Source of the DNA: Gemmatimonadaceae bacterium
GTDB lineage: Bacteria; Gemmatimonadota; Gemmatimonadetes; Gemmatimonadales; Gemmatimonadaceae
DNA length: 64,000 nt
Reading direction: 5' to 3'
Assembly: GCA_051859245.1 (NCBI GenBank)
Contig: JBHYGA010000007.1
Location: 1 to 64,000 of the forward strand
Position numbers and translations under genes: made by a program. Positions 18,448 through 27,696 of this stretch are shown in pieces. The notes under the pieces are model-generated. The model searched no databases, was not told where the DNA came from, and saw only the letters and a program-made list of their open reading frames with translations. The first letter of the stretch is position 1. Every line of letters starts with the position of its first letter.

Positions 18448-19058
18448 GCAATCGGGTCAAACAAGCTTATGCGGTGACCGTGCTCGCGCCGATTCGCAAC
18501 GGACGCACCGAGGGCGTGCATCACGCATCGGCACTGCGCGCCCTGCTCGCCAATCTGCTCCAACACAGCGACAGTCCGTTCAGCGATCTGGGCATCGTGC
18601 ACACCGCGCGCCTGCTGGTGATCGACGATCTGATCAGCGAGTCATTGCCCGGCAAAGAAGATCACATCGCTTCCCGCTATCTGTTGATGGTGGCTGATGT
18701 GGACGGCGATTTGCGACAGTTTGCGCGTGCGTTGGTGCATGCGCACGCGGACTTCGCGAACGCCGTGTGGGGACACTGTGTGGGATGGCCAGGCGCGCTC
18801 GATGCGGACGCCGTGGTGCAGTACTTTCGAGACTGTGAAGTGAACACGGCGCTCTACTTCACGGGCTATCCTGGCGCGACGGCGGTTCAGGTGCTGCGCG
18901 CGCTTGCGCAACAGAAAGCATTCATCGAGTTCGCGAGTGAGACGCGTGGCCTGCCCTCTGGTGAGCTGCAGCAGGCGTTTCTGGAGTTTCGCGCGCGCAT
19001 GGAAAAAGCGCCAACACCCCTGCCGGGTGATCTGGTGTCACAGCGAGTGCTCACATGA
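18444..19058 (+). CDS. Uncharacterised DyP-associated protein B (paralog of A)
   Basis: VHTARLLVI, YLLMVADVDGD, WGHCVGWPG, YFTGYPGAT; GTGA overlap. Confidence 0.8.
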   Translation: MSNRVKQAYAVTVLAPIRNGRTEGVHHASALRALLANLLQHSDSPFSDLGIVHTARLLVIDDLISESLPGKEDHIASRYLLMVADVDGDLRQFARALVHAHADFANAVWGHCVGWPGALDADAVVQYFRDCEVNTALYFTGYPGATAVQVLRALAQQKAFIEFASETRGLPSGELQQAFLEFRARMEKAPTPLPGDLVSQRVLT

Positions 19059-20491
19059 CCATGTCCACCCGGCCGCTCGATCTCGCCGACATTCAGGGTA
19101 ATGTGCTGCGCGGCTATCGGTTTCCGGTTGCCACGCATCGCTTCTATCGCGTGCGCGATGTGCTGCGGGCGCGCGATACGATCCGTGCCCTTATTCCACA
19201 CGTGACGCACTCTGAAAACGAGCATCACGACGGTGGTCGCTGGTCAGACGGTGTCAAACCCCGCTCCGCGCTCAACATTGCCTTCACCTGGCGCGGACTC
19301 GAAGCGCTCGGCGTGCCGCAGCCGGCCCTCTGGGCGTTTCCTGAGGAGTTTCGCGCTGGCATGCAGGCACGCGCACGCGTGTTGGTGGATCTGGAGCGCA
19401 GTGCGCCAGAGCATTGGGAATCCATGTGGCGCGATGCGCAGGTGCACGTGGTGGTGATGTTGATGGCCAACAGTCCAACATCCCTTGAAGATCGCCTGCA
19501 CGAGCTGCAGGTGATTGTTCACACGCACGACGGCCTGGTTGAAGTCGGATCGCAGGACGCACAGATGGAATCGGTCGGCGGAAAAATGCGCGAGCACTTT
19601 GGGTATCTGGACGGCTTTGGCAATCCGGAAATCGCTGGTGCACCGGGCACGATGCGTCCCGGTCGCGGCAAACTCTCGGGCAAGAACGGTTGGGCGCCGC
19701 TCGCAGCCGGCGAGTTTGTGCTTGGGCAACGCAACGAAGCCGGCGAGGTGGCGCCCACGCCACAACCCTCCATGCTGTTTCGCAACGGCACGTTCATGGT
19801 GTATCGCAAACTGCACCAGAACGTGGCCACCTTTCGCCGATTTTTGCGCGAAGAAGGCGCCCGCTTTCCCGGTGGTCCGGAGTTGCTGGCGGCGAAACTC
19901 ATGGGGCGCTGGATGGATGGGACCCCTGTGATGCTCTCGCCCGATCATCCCGACGCGGAGCTGGCCGCCGACAACACGCGCAACACGGACTTTCGGTACG
20001 GCAGCGACCCGCACGGCGCGGTGTGTCCACTCGGGGCGCATGTGCGTCGCGCCAATCCACGTGATGCCATTGGATTTGATGGCGTGACGGTCAATCGCCG
20101 TCGCATGATTCGTCGTGGGCTGCCCTACGGTGCGTACACGCCGCCCGATTCGCCCGGTGACGATCGCACATCACAAGGCCTGTTGTTCATTGCGTTTGTG
20201 GCCAGTATTGCGGAACAGTTTGAGTTTGTGCAGCAACAGTGGATGAACTACGGCAATGACTTTGCGCTGGGCAACGACAAAGACACGGTCGTGGGGCTTC
20301 GCACGAGCGACCGGGATCGCCTGCTGATTCCGGGCGACCCGAAACGCCCGGACCGTCGCCCTACGCACTTTTGCTTTTCGCTCCCACAGTTCGTGGAAAC
20401 ACGCGGTGGTGACTACTTCTTTCTTCCCAGCCTCGCCGGACTCGGCGTGATTGCTGGCCCCTCTACGTCCAGCCCGTTGGAGACACGTTGA
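19055..20491 (+). CDS. Dyp-type (dye-decolorizing) heme peroxidase
   Basis: DIQGN, EHFGYLDG (GxxDG), NGTFMVYRKL, GAHVRRANPR (proximal His), RRGLPYG, QFEFVQ; no export signal. Confidence 0.92.
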   Translation: MTMSTRPLDLADIQGNVLRGYRFPVATHRFYRVRDVLRARDTIRALIPHVTHSENEHHDGGRWSDGVKPRSALNIAFTWRGLEALGVPQPALWAFPEEFRAGMQARARVLVDLERSAPEHWESMWRDAQVHVVVMLMANSPTSLEDRLHELQVIVHTHDGLVEVGSQDAQMESVGGKMREHFGYLDGFGNPEIAGAPGTMRPGRGKLSGKNGWAPLAAGEFVLGQRNEAGEVAPTPQPSMLFRNGTFMVYRKLHQNVATFRRFLREEGARFPGGPELLAAKLMGRWMDGTPVMLSPDHPDAELAADNTRNTDFRYGSDPHGAVCPLGAHVRRANPRDAIGFDGVTVNRRRMIRRGLPYGAYTPPDSPGDDRTSQGLLFIAFVASIAEQFEFVQQQWMNYGNDFALGNDKDTVVGLRTSDRDRLLIPGDPKRPDRRPTHFCFSLPQFVETRGGDYFFLPSLAGLGVIAGPSTSSPLETR

Positions 20492-21804
20492 TGTCACTGC
20501 TTGGATCTGTTGCCAAGACCATCGGAGATGGCGCGCGTTTGCTGCCGGCCGATCTGGGCGCGTTGTTTTCGCAGGCGAATACCACGTTGCACGACGATGT
20601 CCAGGACATGGTCGCCAATCTCAAGGCGTGGGCCCAGCAGAAGAATGCGGAACCCGTATTCCGACTGTTGCGATCGGTCGATCCGATTCTTGTTCTGAAA
20701 GACATCGCGATCGTCACACGATTTACGGATGTGCAGGAGGTGCTCAATCGCGATAGCATCTTTCATGTGCCTTACGCACAACACTTTGATCGACTGTGCG
20801 ACGGACACAACTTCTTTCTTGGCATGGAGAACACACCGGAGTACGCGCGCGACGTCGCCACCATGCGGCTAGCCATCAGGCGTGAAGACATTCCGCAAAT
20901 CGTGTCGCCGTTCGTGAAGCAGCGTGCCGAAGCGATCGTGAACGCGAGTGATGGGCGTATTGATGTGGTCACGGAACTGGCCGACATGGTTCCGTCGGCA
21001 CTTGTGGCGCAGTATCTGGGCTGTCCCTCGGGTCCAGGGCCCCACGATTTTGCGGAACAGGCGGCCGCGATTTCCGGGTTCTTGTTTCTCCCCTCTACTC
21101 CAGAGCTGGAGCAGAAGGCGCTGCGCGATGCGCAGCAGATGCGTAACTCGCTCCGCGCCACGATCGCGGCGCGCAAAGCAATGTCGGAGCCCGGAGACGA
21201 CGTGCTCGGCCGCCTGCTCTCCATGCAGGCGAACAACATGCCTGGTCTCTCGGACGAGGATGTCCTGAATAAACTGTTCGGTATTGTGGTGGCAATTATT
21301 CCCACGACATCGGGCGCTGTGGCGCGCGCACTGGATGAACTGTTTCGTCGACCTGACATGCTCGCCCGAGCGCAGGCTGCGGCCGCCGTCGACGACTATG
21401 TCACCATTCAGCAGTTTATACTCGAATCACTTCGGTTCAATCCGATTGGTCCGGGCGTGTTTCGTGTGGCGAGTGCGGACTACACGGTGGCGGCCGACAC
21501 GCGTCGTGCCACGACGATTCCGCAGGGCAAGCTGGTGTTGGTGGCACTTGAGTCCGCCATGATGGACGGCGATGTCATTGAAGATCCCAGGAGCTTTCGT
21601 CTGGATCGACCGGCCTGGCAGTATCTGCACTTTGGCTACGGACTTCACACGTGTTTCGGCCAGTATATCAATGCGGTCCAACTGCCGCGCATTCTCGGCG
21701 CCGTGCTGAAACAGAAGAATTTGCGACGCGCACCTGGCGTTGCCGGTACGTTGCAGCTGGATGGACCATTCCCTGCACATCTTGTCGTGGAGTTTGATGC
21801 TTGA
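20491..21804 (+). CDS. Cytochrome P450 with atypical I-helix
   Basis: ESLRF (ExxR), DPRSFRLDR, FGYGLHTCFG heme-thiolate motif; TGATG overlap with the DyP stop. Confidence 0.93.
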   Translation: MSLLGSVAKTIGDGARLLPADLGALFSQANTTLHDDVQDMVANLKAWAQQKNAEPVFRLLRSVDPILVLKDIAIVTRFTDVQEVLNRDSIFHVPYAQHFDRLCDGHNFFLGMENTPEYARDVATMRLAIRREDIPQIVSPFVKQRAEAIVNASDGRIDVVTELADMVPSALVAQYLGCPSGPGPHDFAEQAAAISGFLFLPSTPELEQKALRDAQQMRNSLRATIAARKAMSEPGDDVLGRLLSMQANNMPGLSDEDVLNKLFGIVVAIIPTTSGAVARALDELFRRPDMLARAQAAAAVDDYVTIQQFILESLRFNPIGPGVFRVASADYTVAADTRRATTIPQGKLVLVALESAMMDGDVIEDPRSFRLDRPAWQYLHFGYGLHTCFGQYINAVQLPRILGAVLKQKNLRRAPGVAGTLQLDGPFPAHLVVEFDA

Positions 21805-24800
21805 TCGATTGCGATCGCTGCCCCTTGATACGGGCAGCGACTCTCCATCATCCCCTCGCTTTGATGTCGTTCGTCCGCTAGGTGTTGGTGGAATGGGTGT
21901 GGTGTATGAAGCAGTCGACCACGCGATGAATGCGCGGGTCGCGGTGAAGCTGTTGCCGGAAAGCAACGCCCGTGGTGTACTCATGTTCAAGCGTGAGTTC
22001 CGGTCACTCGCGCGCATTGTGCACCCGCACCTTGTTGCACTGTACGAGCTGATTGCGCACGCGGGTGAGTGGTGCTTCACCATGGAACTCGTCGACGGCG
22101 TTGACTTTGAAACGTGGGTGCGGCCTCAAGGCGTGGTGGATGTGCCGCGCGTATTGCGCGCCACGCGCCAGCTGGTCGAAGGTTTGCGATATTTGCATGC
22201 CAAGGGTGTAATCCACCGGGATGTGAAGCCATCGAACGTGCTTGTGACAAGCGATGGGCAAGTAAAGATTCTTGACTTCGGTCTCGCCGAAGATGTGGAT
22301 TCGCGCAACAACTCCGACGACAGTAGTTGGGGAACGCTCGTCTTCATGTCGCCGGAACAGCTGTCCGGGGAGCCGGTATCGCCCGAAAGCGATTTCTACG
22401 CGGTCGGCGCGATGCTTGTGGAGGTGCTGGCGGGCGAGCCACCGTTCGTGGGCAATCCGATGCGCGTGCTCGCCGACAAGATGTTGCAACGCGTTCCCGC
22501 GCTTGACGCGATTCCCGATACGGTGCCCGCGGCGCTGGTCTCACTCGTTCGCGAGCTGCTCGATCCGACCGCTTCCGAGCGACCTGGCGCCGACGAAATC
22601 CTGCGTCAGCTTGCGGCGATGACGCCAAGTACGGCGGGCGTGGTTGATGTGGCGGAGCGACCCACGTCAACACGAGCGCGCGTTTCGCCGGTGATTGGAC
22701 GTGCCACCGAGTTCGCAGCGTTACAGGATGCACTCGACGACGTCCACGCCGGAGCAACCGTTGTACTCGGCGCGCGTGGCCGCTCGGGCAGTGGCAAGAG
22801 TGTGCTGATCTCGCACTTCCTGAAGCAGCTACGCGGCAATGATGTGCTGTTGCTCACGGGCCGTTGTTATGAGCAGGAGTCGGTGCCCTACAAAGGGATT
22901 GATGCCGTGGTGGATTCCCTCACGCGGCACTTGCACGGTCTTGATCGCGAGACGCGAGAACAGTTGTTGCCCGATGGCATGGGATTGCTGGCGCAGCTGT
23001 TCCCGGTAATGCAGCGCGTTGACGGCATGGAAGAGCTGGCGCGTACGGCGCCGGTAATTCCCGATCGCCGACAGCGTCGCCGAATAGCGTTCGCCGCCTT
23101 CCGTGAGCTGATGAGTCGACTTGCGACGCAGTACACGGTTGTGCTGCACATTGACGACCTGCATTGGGGCGACACGGATAGTGCGGCGTTGCTGCTCGAC
23201 ATGCTGCAGCCGCCGGATGCGCCGCCACTGTTGTTGCTCCTGTCGTACCGAAGTGAGTATGAGGACAGCAGCGCCTGCCTGCGCATGCTGCTGCAGTCGG
23301 AGTCGCTGGCTGCCTGTCGCCGCTACCTTGATGTCGGTCCGCTTGCAGAGCGTGACGCGACGGAACTTGCCTTGGTACTACTGGGAGACGATCCAGCCGC
23401 TGAAGAACACGCCGCGCTCATTGCGCACGAAGCCAAGGGAAGTCCGTACTTCATTGCGGAGCTGGCGCGCGATGTGCGCGAGCGTTCGAGTGAGGGATCG
23501 ATTGCGACCGGCACAGGTTTTTCCCTCGACGATGTGCTGCGACAGCGCGTCTCACGACTTCCGGTTGAAGATCGCGATCTGATTGACCTGCTGAGTGTGT
23601 CTGCCCGGCCGTTGCGTTTGCGTCACGCGCGCGATGCCATGGGTTCCGGTGCGTTCACGCCGCAACTGATTGCCCGGTTGCGGGCGCAGAATCTGGTGCG
23701 CAGCACGGGGCCGTCGCAGGACGATGAGCTTGAGCTGTATCACGATCGTGTGCGCGAATCCGTGTTTGCGCGCATGCCTGATCCCCGTCAGCAGCAGTGT
23801 CACGCGCGGCTTGCGCACACGCTCGCGCCGGACACACGCATTGATGCGGAAACGGTGGCCGTGCATTTCGAGCGTGCTGGCGAGCGCGAACAGGCCGGTG
23901 CATTCTACGCGCGCGCAGCGGTTGGCGCGGCCTCGGCACTGGCGTTCGAACGCGCGGTCAAACTGTACCGACTCGCCATCGAGCTGCGACCGGCTCACGG
24001 CGAGAACGTCGCCGCGTTGCAGGTGCAACTTGGGCATGCGCTCGCGAATGCGGGCCGCAGCGGCGAGTCGGGAGACGCATTTCTCACGGCCGCGAAGTCG
24101 GCTGAGGACGGATCTGAGAAAACGGATCTGCTGCGACTCGCCGCCACCCAGCTTTGCATTGCCGGTCGCGTTGATGAAGGACGCGCAATTTTTCGTGACG
24201 CGATGCGTCGTGCCGGCCTCTCGCTGCCAAACGCAGGCATGGGAATTCTGCCGTCGCTGCTGTTTCGGCGCGCCCGTGTTGAACTCAGCAATCTGGAAGC
24301 TGCGCGCGACGCCAATGGTTCGGGCTCGTCAACGCAGTTGTCGCGAATTGACATGCTGTGGTCAGCCAGTACGTCGCTTTCAGGGGTTGATCATGTTGGC
24401 GTGGCGTCGCTGCAAGCGAAGGCGCTGCTCATCGCACTGCGCGCCCGTGAACCACAGCGGTTGGCGCGCTGCCTGAGCTGGGAGGCGGTGCTGCGTGCCA
24501 GTGCAGGGGTTACGAACGAGCGCACAGTTGAGCGCCTGCTCACCGTTGCGGACGAGCTGGCCAATCGCATCGGTGAGCCACACGCCCAGGGCATGGTGGG
24601 GCTGGCGCGCGCGTGGTCGGCATTCCTGCAAGGGAACTTTCCGAAGGCGCTGCAGCATGCGGTGCCGGCTGTTCGCGTCTTTCGTGAGAACTGCACCGGC
24701 GTTGCGTGGGAGCTCGTGATGAGTGAAACGGCGATTTCGTGGTCGCACGTACACATCGGAGATACCGAAGGCGCTCGGCAAAGCATTCGCGAGCACTACG

Positions 24801-25480
24801 GTGATGGTGTTGGGCGTGGCAATACGGTGCTCATCACCAACTTTTTGTCGGTCGTGCAGCCCTTTGTTGCGCTGGTCGAAGACGACGCCGATGCCTCCGC
24901 CGAGTATCTTCGCGAAGCGCTCGCCATGTGGCCGCATGCGGGTTATCACGTACAACACGTCTCGTTGCTGTGGAGCTGGTCGCGTCTCCACTTGTATCGC
25001 GGTGAAGCAGAGGCGTCACTGGCGCGATACGAGCGCGAGTGGTCACCAATGCGCAATGCGTTGCATTTGCGCGGGCAGCTGTCCCGGGTAACGCAGCTTG
25101 ATTCGCGCGGTCGCAGTGCGCTCACGGTTGCGATCGGTCGCAGCAACGCCTCGGGTGACCTGGTAAAGCGAGCCAAGCGCGACGCTGAGGCACTGCGACG
25201 TGAGCAAGCGACGTTTGTGCGACCGTATGCTGACCGAATGTTCGGCTTGCTGGCGCGACACGAGCAGAACGAAGTCGAGGCCGCGCGTCTTTTCAAATCA
25301 GCGTATGCGGGATTCACGCGATCCGGTGCGTTGCTTGATGCGGCCGTGGCGCAGCGCTGTTACGGCGAGACGATCGGGGGCGATGAGGGACAGCAGCATG
25401 TTGCCGCGGCGAACAACGCCATGCACGCGCTCGGCGTGAAGAACACCGATGCGATCACTCGTATGTTGAGTGTACGCTGA
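21797..25480 (+). CDS. Ser/Thr protein kinase - AAA/STAND-like ATPase - TPR-like protein
   Basis: GVGGMG, VAVK, HRDVKPSN, DFG, GTLVFMSPE; Walker A GRSGSGKS, Walker B LHIDDLHW; helical repeat C-terminus. Confidence 0.92.
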   Translation: MLDRLRSLPLDTGSDSPSSPRFDVVRPLGVGGMGVVYEAVDHAMNARVAVKLLPESNARGVLMFKREFRSLARIVHPHLVALYELIAHAGEWCFTMELVDGVDFETWVRPQGVVDVPRVLRATRQLVEGLRYLHAKGVIHRDVKPSNVLVTSDGQVKILDFGLAEDVDSRNNSDDSSWGTLVFMSPEQLSGEPVSPESDFYAVGAMLVEVLAGEPPFVGNPMRVLADKMLQRVPALDAIPDTVPAALVSLVRELLDPTASERPGADEILRQLAAMTPSTAGVVDVAERPTSTRARVSPVIGRATEFAALQDALDDVHAGATVVLGARGRSGSGKSVLISHFLKQLRGNDVLLLTGRCYEQESVPYKGIDAVVDSLTRHLHGLDRETREQLLPDGMGLLAQLFPVMQRVDGMEELARTAPVIPDRRQRRRIAFAAFRELMSRLATQYTVVLHIDDLHWGDTDSAALLLDMLQPPDAPPLLLLLSYRSEYEDSSACLRMLLQSESLAACRRYLDVGPLAERDATELALVLLGDDPAAEEHAALIAHEAKGSPYFIAELARDVRERSSEGSIATGTGFSLDDVLRQRVSRLPVEDRDLIDLLSVSARPLRLRHARDAMGSGAFTPQLIARLRAQNLVRSTGPSQDDELELYHDRVRESVFARMPDPRQQQCHARLAHTLAPDTRIDAETVAVHFERAGEREQAGAFYARAAVGAASALAFERAVKLYRLAIELRPAHGENVAALQVQLGHALANAGRSGESGDAFLTAAKSAEDGSEKTDLLRLAATQLCIAGRVDEGRAIFRDAMRRAGLSLPNAGMGILPSLLFRRARVELSNLEAARDANGSGSSTQLSRIDMLWSASTSLSGVDHVGVASLQAKALLIALRAREPQRLARCLSWEAVLRASAGVTNERTVERLLTVADELANRIGEPHAQGMVGLARAWSAFLQGNFPKALQHAVPAVRVFRENCTGVAWELVMSETAISWSHVHIGDTEGARQSIREHYGDGVGRGNTVLITNFLSVVQPFVALVEDDADASAEYLREALAMWPHAGYHVQHVSLLWSWSRLHLYRGEAEASLARYEREWSPMRNALHLRGQLSRVTQLDSRGRSALTVAIGRSNASGDLVKRAKRDAEALRREQATFVRPYADRMFGLLARHEQNEVEAARLFKSAYAGFTRSGALLDAAVAQRCYGETIGGDEGQQHVAAANNAMHALGVKNTDAITRMLSVR

Positions 25481-25501
25481 GCGCTGTCTCCGGGCCGCCC
25501 A

Positions 25502-25942
25502 TCATGACGGTGAACTGCGCAGCGCGCCGCGAATCAGCGTGCGACCCTGGGGGCCCAGTGCGCCGGCCGTGTAGAGAGCGAACAGGAGGTTCAGGATCGA
25601 CAAAACGAGCAGCGGCCAGTGACGCTCGGGCAAGTGAAATGCAAACCACGCGGCGTAGAATGCGGCACCCATCAGGCGACCGAGAATACCACCAATCACG
25701 ATGCCGATGTGTCGCACCGGATCAACCGCGCCGATGAGATAGAAGCACGGCAGAACAAACAGAAATACCGATGAATAATACGGCCAAAAATGCTGCGTTG
25801 CGCTGACCGGCGTACCGAGCCACTGCGCCGTTGCTTCGGGCGCGAACACCAGCGGCAGGCCGCCGGTCATGTCAACGAGAGCGCCAAGCACAAGCGCAAT
25901 GCGCATGGGACGCACGGGGAAAGGTGTCGGTTCGGCTGACAC
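25502..25942 (-). CDS. Hypothetical 4-TM membrane protein
   Basis: Hydrophobic segments, FYLIGAVDPVRH; convergent on the kinase. Confidence 0.7.
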   Translation of the reverse strand: MSAEPTPFPVRPMRIALVLGALVDMTGGLPLVFAPEATAQWLGTPVSATQHFWPYYSSVFLFVLPCFYLIGAVDPVRHIGIVIGGILGRLMGAAFYAAWFAFHLPERHWPLLVLSILNLLFALYTAGALGPQGRTLIRGALRSSPS

Positions 25943-26107
25943 AGCGCCTCAGATTCTGGAATGAAAAGCGGGCGTACGGATCGCGCTAAGTATGCGGCTT
26001 GTGTGACCGTCTCGCCACACGGCGTGCGACGAACGCGTCTGGTAGCGATTTCGTCACGGGTAAGTGCCAGCGCTATCCGGCCTCTGGGCGGCGCCTACAC
26101 TTGAGGC

Positions 26108-27601
26108 ATGCCTACCCATTTTACGTTTCCGCGTCGGTCACGATACCTGGTCGCACTGACCGTGCTGGGAGGAGCCGGCGCCGCCTGCTCCGTATTCACT
26201 CCGCGAGGCGCCGAACTCGCACGCGAAGCCGACGGCCGCGAGTGGCTCGCCGGTGATCATCACATTCACAGCGAGTTCAGCACTGGATACGCGTTGCCAG
26301 TGGAAGGTAGTTCCGAGCCACCGGCTCCGATACTTGGCGCCGATGGACGTTACGCCATTTCCATGAACGCCAGCAAAGCGCGTGAGCATGGATTGCGGTG
26401 GATGGTGTCGACCGACCACGGTGGGCCCAATCATTCGAAGCTGAACTATGAGCAGGCGTATCCAGCGCTGCTCCAGTCGCGCGAAGCCGTGCCTGAGGTG
26501 GTGCAGTTCTATGGTATGGAGTTTGACACGCCGGGCGCCGATCACAGCAGCATGATCATGCCAAACTCTCCGGTCGAGCGGCAGATGCTGCGCGACATTG
26601 AGTCCCGCTTCTCCAAACGCGATGCGTATCCGCGCGATACGATGCGTGAGACCGAGCCCAAAATGCTCGAAGCGCTCACGTACATGCGCGCCTTGCCGAA
26701 CCAGCCCGTTGTGATCGCCAATCATCCATCGCGCTCAGCGCGTGGGGTACGGCAATACGGTCAGGATGCGCCCAAAGAGTTTCGTGATTGGAACGACACG
26801 GCGCCCCGCGTTGCGATTGGCATGGAAGGTGCGCCCGGTCACCAGGCGAGTGCGCTGAATCGTGATGGGTCCGTTGACTCAACAGGAGCACGGGGCGGCT
26901 ACAGCAGCTCACCGACGCTTGGTGGTTTTGATCAGATGACCGCAATCCTTGGCGGCTTCTGGGACTCCATGCTCGGTGAAGGACGCAAATGGTTCATCAC
27001 GTCCACGTCTGATTCCCACCGCAACTATCGCGAGGGCGGAAGCGATTTCTGGCCTGGCGAATATTCGAAGACGTACGTGCATGCGCGGGCGACCCACGCT
27101 GACATTCTCGACGGCATTCGGAACGGCCGCGTGTTTGTGACCACGGGTGACCTGATCAACGCGCTTGATGTCACCGTGAAGCGTGTGGGTCAGGGATCGG
27201 CCGTGGCATCGATTGGTGGGACCCTGTCGCTTGGTGGCACGCAAGACATTGAGGTGACCATTCGTGTTCGTGATCCGCTGGCCGCGAATCATCGGGGCGA
27301 CACGCCAAGTGTGGTGCGTGTGGATCTGATCATGGGTGACGTGGTTGGGCCGTCGGCGGATCGCACGCTGGATCGCAACCCGACCACACGTGTTGTGCAG
27401 CGCTTTTCACCGAACCAGTGGACCGTAGACGGCGAGTATCTCGTGATGTCGCATGTGGTGCGCGACGTGCAGCGGAACAGCTATCTGCGTGTGCGTGGTA
27501 CCAGCACCAACGAGCTTGAACCATCGCCCGATCCGCTGGGTGAGAACATGTGGAAGGATCTGTGGTTCTATTCCAATCCGATCTGGATCAACGTGCGCTG
27601 A
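26108..27601 (+). CDS. PHP-domain phosphoesterase (exported, likely lipoprotein)
   Basis: GDHHIHS, STDH, ANHP, SDSH, WFYSNPI; N-terminal GAAC lipobox. Confidence 0.82.
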   Translation: MPTHFTFPRRSRYLVALTVLGGAGAACSVFTPRGAELAREADGREWLAGDHHIHSEFSTGYALPVEGSSEPPAPILGADGRYAISMNASKAREHGLRWMVSTDHGGPNHSKLNYEQAYPALLQSREAVPEVVQFYGMEFDTPGADHSSMIMPNSPVERQMLRDIESRFSKRDAYPRDTMRETEPKMLEALTYMRALPNQPVVIANHPSRSARGVRQYGQDAPKEFRDWNDTAPRVAIGMEGAPGHQASALNRDGSVDSTGARGGYSSSPTLGGFDQMTAILGGFWDSMLGEGRKWFITSTSDSHRNYREGGSDFWPGEYSKTYVHARATHADILDGIRNGRVFVTTGDLINALDVTVKRVGQGSAVASIGGTLSLGGTQDIEVTIRVRDPLAANHRGDTPSVVRVDLIMGDVVGPSADRTLDRNPTTRVVQRFSPNQWTVDGEYLVMSHVVRDVQRNSYLRVRGTSTNELEPSPDPLGENMWKDLWFYSNPIWINVR

Positions 27602-27617
27602 CCCGAAGCGACACCGC

Positions 27618-27665
27618 AAAAAAGGAACGCGCCGAGTCACGCTGATGTGACTCGGCGCGTTCTTG
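27618..27665. terminator. Bidirectional intrinsic terminator
   Basis: Perfect 16-bp stem gaacgcgccgagtcac/gtgactcggcgcgttc, A-run on the left, between convergent genes. Confidence 0.8.
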
Positions 27666-27696
27666 CAGAGTGTGTGTTGATCTGCGATTCGTGTGT

